From Polyangiales bacterium (lineage in GTDB: Bacteria > Myxococcota_A > Polyangia > Polyangiales > Ga0077539): a stretch of 64,000 bases of DNA. The notes beneath the pieces are model-generated. The model did no database searches. It was given only the letters and a program-made list of their open reading frames with translations, and was not told the DNA's origin. Position 1 is the stretch's first letter, and the number at the start of each line of letters is the position of its first letter. The stretch is from NCBI GenBank assembly GCA_044229975.1, contig JBGARZ010000016.1, positions 148,352 through 212,351 of the forward strand, given 5' to 3'. A program made the position numbers and the translations under genes. Below, piece by piece: positions 58,231 to 64,000 of this stretch.

Positions 58231-58274
58231 GGAGCGGGCGACCGGGATCGAACCGGCGACGTTCAGCTTGGGAA
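58231..58274 (-). tRNA. 3' half of tRNA-Gly(CCC): attachment-site fragment, not a full tRNA
   Basis: Minus strand TTCCCAAGCTGAACGTCGCCGGTTCGATCCCGGTCGCCCGCTCC gives anticodon loop, T-arm and acceptor 3' strand; 5' half absent. Confidence 0.85.
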
Positions 58275-58369
58275 CGCGATAGGCCCACGTTTCCAGGTGT
58301 TTCGCAGCGCTTCCACCCCGTGGATCATCGTTTCCTGGGGGTCGCCGTTGGTCCGGCACGTTTCGCCCG

Positions 58370-58392
58370 CGGGGTGTGAAACGGGGTGTGAA
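58370..58392 (+). repeat. Direct repeat, candidate integrase arm-type sites
   Basis: cggggtgtgaa-a-cggggtgtgaa about 100 bp inside the att core. Confidence 0.6.
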
Positions 58393-58622
58393 GAGCGGAC
58401 GGAAAAAAGGCCTGCCTGAGAACATCGCGCACCGGCTGGCCCCCCTGCACTGGTGCCGTTCGCCTCAGCCCTGTGGCTGATGAAATGGGCGACAATACCA
58501 GCGAGCCTTCATGAGGATCCCGGTGACGGGCACAGCCGTGCGGCTAGTCGTCTCCACGCCCAATAGCCGATTGACAACATCGACCGCGAACGCCGGCTCT
58601 GACGAACGTTTCCGTCCCCAAA

Positions 58623-58641
58623 CCGTCCAATCGTTGGACGG
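58623..58641. promoter_or_regulatory. Palindromic operator-like site upstream of HTH gene
   Basis: ccgtccaa-tcg-ttggacgg. Confidence 0.45.
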
Positions 58642-58756
58642 GGACTCACTACCGCGACGCCGCTTCAAGGGCGTACGCCGTACGCCGGTGGGGGTGTTCC
58701 GTGTGGCAGGAGGCCGCGCGGATGACTCCCATCCGTCACCCTAACCTTGGGAGATC

Positions 58757-58963
58757 ATGATGCCCTCCGCAGCAGATTCCCTTGCCGATCTCGCGCGCAC
58801 GCTCCGTCCCGATCAGCGGATGTCCGTGTGTGCGCGCGCTCTCGTCGATCTCCGCACGCTTCGGCGGCTGCGAAAGGGTCGCCCCATCCGCGAAACCTCG
58901 CGGATACGACTCGCCAACGCCTTCCGCGAACTCGGGCTGCTGGAGGCCCAGACCACCAGATAG
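58757..58963 (+). CDS. Small basic HTH-like protein (Cro/AlpA-like)
   Basis: GGGAGA RBS, 68 aa, VCARALVDLRTLRRLRKGRPIR; first gene ahead of the replication genes. Confidence 0.55.
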   Translation: MMPSAADSLADLARTLRPDQRMSVCARALVDLRTLRRLRKGRPIRETSRIRLANAFRELGLLEAQTTR

Positions 58964-59013
58964 ACGAAGTCCGCGCGACACCGGCCAAAGCGTGCGCGGA
59001 CTCCGAGGGATGT

Positions 59014-60879
59014 ATGAACAAGGTAAAGCAAGTTTCGAGAGAGTGCAATAGTGCACTCTCGTCACTCAATCCGCCTGGAGGCTGGGAATCGACACCGGCC
59101 CTGAACGACCTCGCCGGGGAGTTCCTCCTCAAGGGACGCGAGGAGGTCCTTCGACGTGGATGCACCGCAATCGTCGACGCCTTGGCGGAGGCGGCGGACA
59201 CCAGTACCCGCAGCGATCGCCCTGGCGCACTCGTCGCGACCCATTGGTCCGGAGGGACGGGAACGACCGCCGGTGGGCGGGATGGTCGTCCCGGTCAGGG
59301 AGTGGTCTTCCGAGGAAGCCTCGCCGAGCACGCGGCCCAACTGGAGACCTGGGCCGCCTGGGATCCGAACGAGGTCCACGCCACGTTGATCGCACGATTG
59401 CGTGCGACTGGCGTCTCCCCGGACGAGATCCGCTCCGAGATCAAGCGCGCCAGCCCGGCGCGCACCTTGGGCGTCTCTCGCTTTGGGGGACGAGCTGAGT
59501 ATGAGTTCGTGGAACGCACGGGGCCGTTTATGGACAACGACGGCGAGGGTCCTCCCGATGCTCTGCGATCTGCACTCGAATCGGCCGGTCTCGGGTACAT
59601 CTTCCAGGCCCGGCCCGACAGCAATCGATGGCATCTGGAAATTCCGTTCGCCGAACCCCTTCGCCCTGACGGTCTCGTCTACCCGCTTCACCGCGCGCCC
59701 CCGCCCGACGTCAACGAAGACGAGGTATCGCGATGGACGGCGCAACACTATGGGGTTGTCAGCGTAGCGACGGAGTATGACGACCTCGGAGAGAGATACT
59801 CGCGTGAGATCCGGGCCTTCTCTGCGGAGGAGAGGAGAGCCTTCGAGGACTACATGCGCAAGCTCAAGGCGTGGAAGGATTCGTTCTACACGCCGTCCAT
59901 GGCCTGGCTGTTCGGCATCTTGTCCGGGGTCGGAGAACTCGCATGCCGGTGGGTCTTGTACGGCGCGAAGGGGACCGATGGAAAGCCGATGGCACAGAGG
60001 GACATGGCGAACGCTCGTGCTCTCCCTGGTGATCGTCTCTCGATCTCTCACCTCGGATTCGACGCCATGCCCGCGCATCAGCTACTCGGCCTCGGCTACC
60101 CCTACACGCGCCGCGCTGCGACCGACGCCGTGCCCATCACACAATTCCGCGATGGACATCTGCTTTCCATGAAGCGTGTGCTGGAGTTGACGGGATTCGT
60201 CGCTCCAGTGGTCTCCGAAGAACGGAAGATGCCGCGCTTCTCTTCCGTCGGCGCTCCGAGAGAGGAGCGCGACCGAGTGCGACTTTCGGTCGCCGAGTTC
60301 TCCGGGCTCGGTTCCACGGAAACCGACACGCGCAGCCGCCAAAAGACATCGAGCGAAGATTCCGCACTCCACGAGCTCGATGCCGTTGGCGGCGGGCTGC
60401 GCGCGTCGAATGAGCGCGGCGGGTCGACGCGCCCTGGGCTCTATGCCGCCATCGTCGATGGCTTTCGCACCGCGCATCTGGTTCAGCGAACGCTCAGCGA
60501 CAAGGTGATCGTGAGTTGCCCGTACGCTGGCGGCCACAGTCATCGAGACGCGAGCGGGACCGCGATCATGGGGACAGGCTGGGTCAAGTGTCATCACGGG
60601 AGTTGCGCCGGTCGCGAGCAAGCGGACTTCCTGGTGGCGCTCCCGATCGACGCGCAGGTCACGCTCGTCGAGGCGCTTCCGAGGGTTCTGCCCGATGACT
60701 TCGGAGCGCTGTATCTGCCCGGCGTTCTCAAGGTCGCTGCGCGAGTCCGCTTGCTCAAGACGTCCGCGTTCGAGGAGGCCCTCAAGAGACTGTACCGAGA
60801 GGACGTGGTGCGACGCCCGGGAGAGCAAAATCGAGTCGAGCAATGGTACGTGCGCGTGTGCGGGGAAAGGGTCGTTTGA
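59014..60879 (+). CDS. Candidate archaeo-eukaryotic primase (prim-pol) with C-terminal Zn finger
   Basis: FMDND (DxD), RWHLEIPFAEPL, GFD...GYP, CPYAGGHS...KCHHGSC; 1 nt upstream of helicase gene. Confidence 0.6.
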   Translation: MNKVKQVSRECNSALSSLNPPGGWESTPALNDLAGEFLLKGREEVLRRGCTAIVDALAEAADTSTRSDRPGALVATHWSGGTGTTAGGRDGRPGQGVVFRGSLAEHAAQLETWAAWDPNEVHATLIARLRATGVSPDEIRSEIKRASPARTLGVSRFGGRAEYEFVERTGPFMDNDGEGPPDALRSALESAGLGYIFQARPDSNRWHLEIPFAEPLRPDGLVYPLHRAPPPDVNEDEVSRWTAQHYGVVSVATEYDDLGERYSREIRAFSAEERRAFEDYMRKLKAWKDSFYTPSMAWLFGILSGVGELACRWVLYGAKGTDGKPMAQRDMANARALPGDRLSISHLGFDAMPAHQLLGLGYPYTRRAATDAVPITQFRDGHLLSMKRVLELTGFVAPVVSEERKMPRFSSVGAPREERDRVRLSVAEFSGLGSTETDTRSRQKTSSEDSALHELDAVGGGLRASNERGGSTRPGLYAAIVDGFRTAHLVQRTLSDKVIVSCPYAGGHSHRDASGTAIMGTGWVKCHHGSCAGREQADFLVALPIDAQVTLVEALPRVLPDDFGALYLPGVLKVAARVRLLKTSAFEEALKRLYREDVVRRPGEQNRVEQWYVRVCGERVV

Positions 60880-60880
60880 C

Positions 60881-62869
60881 ATGGAACTGTGGCAACAGTC
60901 GGCCCAGAACCTTTGTGAGGAACTGCGACGGCAGGGACTACCCGCCATCCAGACGTCAGTGACCATCGGCCTCTTGAGGCAGATGAGAGAGGCGAACCCG
61001 AGTGCCTTTGCCGTGGTCGTCGAAGCGGTGAAGGGCCTCGGCCTGCACGAGGATTTCGAGAGGGCTCTGGCTCACCCGCCCGCCCCGGTCGGACCTCCAC
61101 CGCCGGCCGGGTGTCCCGCTGTCCCGGACGAGGTGCTCGCCGCATGCGACGTCCCTTGGATGCACATCGCGGTGTCGAGGCATCTCCCCGAGTTGTACGC
61201 GGCGCTCCGAACCCGGGAGGACGTCGCGATCCTGCTGCGAGGAACGGTGGGGCTCGATCAACTCGCCCTGGTCGCCGAGGTGTGGGAGGACGGGGCCCGG
61301 GCCCTCTACGACCGGGCCGAGGCCCTTCAGCCGGGGGGCGGGGCGGCCCTGGCAGAGGCCGTGTACAGGCAGACCGGGGTGGGTCGGGGGGCCTTCGTGC
61401 GCGGCAGTGAGACGGAGGTGGCCGAGCACTTGTTGCGCGACCTTCAGGGCGACTCTCCTGTGCCGCTGGTGTTCGCGGAGTGGGCGTTCTGGCGGTACGA
61501 CCCCGACACGGGGGTCTATGGGCAGGTCACGAGGCAGGCCGCCGAGGCCGCCGTGCAGCGGTATGACGGCAGGGCCATCGGGCGGGGGTCGAAGAGGGGC
61601 CGGTTGAGCGTTTCCGCGAACGTCGCCAGGGGCGTCATCCACTGCGCCGAACTGCGCTGCGATCAGCCTGCATTTTTCGACGAGGCGGTTCGCGGCATCG
61701 CCTTTTCGGACGTGTTCGTCGCCCTGACGAGCGACGGCGTGACGTCCGAGCCCCACGATCCGTCGCATCGGGCCCGGCACGCCAGACCGTTTCCCTACGA
61801 TCCGCACGCGCCGTGTCCCCGATGGGAGCAATACCTGCGGGAGGTCTTCACACGGACGCAGGTCGAGGCCACCCACGACAACGAAGAGGACGAGGAGTTC
61901 GACGACGCTCAGGAGCGCACTCTCCTCTTGCAGGAGTACCTGGGGGCCTGCCTGGCAGGTCTTACCACCAAGTTTCAACGGGCACTCATCCTGTATGGCC
62001 CCAAGGGGAACGACGGCAAGTCGGTGCTCCTCAAGGTGGCGCAGTCCCTCTTCCCCTTCGACGCGCTGGCGGCGGTGGCCCCCAAGCACATCGCCCAGCG
62101 TTTCGGCCCGGCCGATCTCGTGGGCAAGGACTTGAACACGGTGGCCGACATCCCCGGCGACGTGCTGGAAGATGCGACCGAGCTGATGCAGGCGATCACC
62201 GGAGACCGCTTGCGGGCGGACCGGAAGAACCGCGACCCCGTGACGTTCGTGCCGAGGGCCGGGCACATCTTCTCCTGTAACAAGCTGCCCGGCACCAAGA
62301 ATCAGACCGACGGGTTCTGGCGGCGCTTCATGGTCCTGATGATGACCCACGCGTTCACGCGCGAGGAGAGGGATCCCGATCTCGACAAAAAGCTCCTCGC
62401 GGAAATCCCGGGCATCCTCGCGTGGGCGCTGGCGGGGTTGCCCCGGCTCCTCACGGCGGGCGACTATACCGTCCCCCCGTCGACCGCGCGCTTAATGAAC
62501 GTGTGGCGCACAGAGAGCGATCCCGTGCGGATGTTCTTTACGGAGTGCTGCGTCACCCCTCAAACGTGCGAGTGGGACGTGAGCGAGCCGCGCACTTTGG
62601 TACCCATTCGCGGCACAACCCCAGCGAACCTGTATCTTGCCTACACGGAGTGGTCGGCGCGGGCCGGACACAAGCCGTTGAGCGCCGCGAGCTTCCGGCA
62701 GCGGTGGGCGACGCTCAACATTCCCAAAGGTCGCTGCGCCGGCAATCCGCGCGAGCGATTCATCTGGATCGTGCTGCGCGTCAATCCAGCGGGGGCGCGG
62801 GAGATGCTGATCCCCGTGGACATGGCCCTGAAGGCGGCCAGTACCCGGGTAGATCGGAACCTGTCATAG
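60881..62869 (+). CDS. Phage/plasmid P4-family D5-like SF3 helicase
   Basis: CPRWEQYL, LQEYLG, LYGPKGNDGKS, ITGD...RKNRDP, FSCNKLP, GFWRR, GILAWAL, SDPV..F. Confidence 0.9.
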   Translation: MELWQQSAQNLCEELRRQGLPAIQTSVTIGLLRQMREANPSAFAVVVEAVKGLGLHEDFERALAHPPAPVGPPPPAGCPAVPDEVLAACDVPWMHIAVSRHLPELYAALRTREDVAILLRGTVGLDQLALVAEVWEDGARALYDRAEALQPGGGAALAEAVYRQTGVGRGAFVRGSETEVAEHLLRDLQGDSPVPLVFAEWAFWRYDPDTGVYGQVTRQAAEAAVQRYDGRAIGRGSKRGRLSVSANVARGVIHCAELRCDQPAFFDEAVRGIAFSDVFVALTSDGVTSEPHDPSHRARHARPFPYDPHAPCPRWEQYLREVFTRTQVEATHDNEEDEEFDDAQERTLLLQEYLGACLAGLTTKFQRALILYGPKGNDGKSVLLKVAQSLFPFDALAAVAPKHIAQRFGPADLVGKDLNTVADIPGDVLEDATELMQAITGDRLRADRKNRDPVTFVPRAGHIFSCNKLPGTKNQTDGFWRRFMVLMMTHAFTREERDPDLDKKLLAEIPGILAWALAGLPRLLTAGDYTVPPSTARLMNVWRTESDPVRMFFTECCVTPQTCEWDVSEPRTLVPIRGTTPANLYLAYTEWSARAGHKPLSAASFRQRWATLNIPKGRCAGNPRERFIWIVLRVNPAGAREMLIPVDMALKAASTRVDRNLS

Positions 62870-63013
62870 ACAGAGGAGGGAGTGAGTGCTTCGTTCAGTG
62901 AGGAAGGCGCCGAGTCGTCGGGTGTGGCGGGCTGCACCGTCGCAGCGTCAAGCTCATAGAGTCGCGTGCGCGGTCGCCCTCGGCGCGCCGTAGATGATGT
63001 ATCGTCGACGGCC

Positions 63014-63361
63014 GTGGACGCGCTACAGCAGTACGGGCGGTTCTGGGGGGTGCTCGCCGTGGCGATCACCGGGCTCTGCATCATGGGGCAGGGCGAGGTG
63101 TTCGGGGCGCTGCGCGAGATCGCCCTCAACACGCGGGCGATGGCGAAGGGGGCCGCGGCGGTGCCCGAGGCGCCCCAGGCCGGCGACGCGAAGGCTCCAA
63201 CGCCGACCACGTATGGGGCGCTCGACGCCATGGCCGGGCTCCTCAAGCTGGTTGGGGCGGTGCTGATCGGAGGGGCGATTTACGTGCATCTGTTCGTCCC
63301 GGAGCAGCCGCGGCCGCGCGCCGTCGGGGCGACGACCGAGACGGCCCCGCCGTCGCCGTAG
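63014..63361 (+). CDS. Small two-TM membrane protein
   Basis: Two hydrophobic segments; start uncertain. Confidence 0.55.
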   Translation: MDALQQYGRFWGVLAVAITGLCIMGQGEVFGALREIALNTRAMAKGAAAVPEAPQAGDAKAPTPTTYGALDAMAGLLKLVGAVLIGGAIYVHLFVPEQPRPRAVGATTETAPPSP

Positions 63362-63532
63362 CGCCTGCGGTCAGCCGAGCACCAGACACTCGGCGCTGGC
63401 GCGATGGGACGCGCGGCTCGCACATCGACGTGCCCCCTGCCGCCACGCGGCCGGCTCGCCCGCCGGCTCGACTCCGCGGGTGCCCAGGCGCACGACGGCG
63501 GGCGGGCAGGGCAGCGCGGTGGTGCCTTTGCC

Positions 63533-63809
63533 GGGACGAAGGGACGAGCTCAGGACAAGAAGACTGGAGACCTCGTCCCATCACGGTACTTCTCGTTTTC
63601 GAAGCATTTCGCTAACTGCGGGACGAGGGGGACGAGGTGTTTGGACTTCTGCTGAGTGATGGATTCTTTCCGAGGCTCGGTGGGCTTCTTGGAGCGTGAG
63701 CAGACATGTAGACCCGACACGCCACCACCTCGTCCCGGACCCCAACGCAGCGCAACCGGTTGAAAATACGAGGATTGATGCGGGACAAGGTCTGGAGGGG
63801 GCTCGTCCC
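63533..63809. repeat. Iteron-like GGGACRA repeat cluster (putative replication origin)
   Basis: GGGACGA at 63533, 63541, 63620, 63629; GGGACAA at 63782; TCGTCCC at 63573, 63730, 63803. Confidence 0.6.
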
Positions 63810-64000
63810 GGGCGCGTTTTGGAGTGCCCCATCGAAGCGCCGCGGGCCGGGCGCCGAGCTTCGTAAGCACCCGGTCAGGGCCATCTCGCAGGGTCAAGCG
63901 CGCGTTCCCACTGTGCGGCCCGGAGGTCCGCCATGCCGAAGCCCGCTCGTTCACCGACGCCATCCCCCCAGCCCCAGCATCGTCGTCGTCCGCACAATCT

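Larger units (their letters stand above)
58275..64000. mobile_element. Integrative element (prophage or phage-satellite-like) at tRNA-Gly, continuing beyond the window
   Basis: att fragment, visibly less GC-biased sequence, primase/helicase genes, iteron-like repeats. Confidence 0.8.

Noticed and set aside
58231..58274. Complete tRNA-Gly gene
   Set aside because: No D-arm or 5' acceptor strand upstream; it is a half-gene att fragment

Overview
Very GC-rich bacterial DNA with a gene repertoire typical of Myxococcota/Polyangiales-like organisms (inferred from Cys-rich lipoproteins with acidic DAG/DVG linkers, Hanks kinases followed by TPR-PEGA proteins, FHA and sigma-54 regulators). 1-34.7 kb and 46.3-58.1 kb are ordinary chromosomal genes for signalling, envelope and redox functions. 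Three accessory features stand out. (1) 34.8-44.7 kb is a mosaic organised around an IS91/ISCR-type transposase remnant and repeated small modules: three copies of an exactly 134-bp unit that starts at a fixed CAG plus hairpin and ends in an oriIS-like motif, plus a diverged relative on the other strand. They bracket cargo genes and cut a Uma2 gene into permuted, 231-bp terminally redundant halves. This is the best candidate for an undescribed rolling-circle gene-capture system. (2) A perfect 127-bp inverted repeat lies exactly between a MoxR AAA+ gene and its VWA partner. (3) From 58.2 kb an element integrated at tRNA-Gly(CCC) carries arm-type repeats, a small HTH, a candidate AEP primase, a D5/SF3 helicase and iteron-like repeats, resembling a phage-satellite replication module. 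All calls come from reading motifs by eye; no database searches were run, and start codons are estimates.
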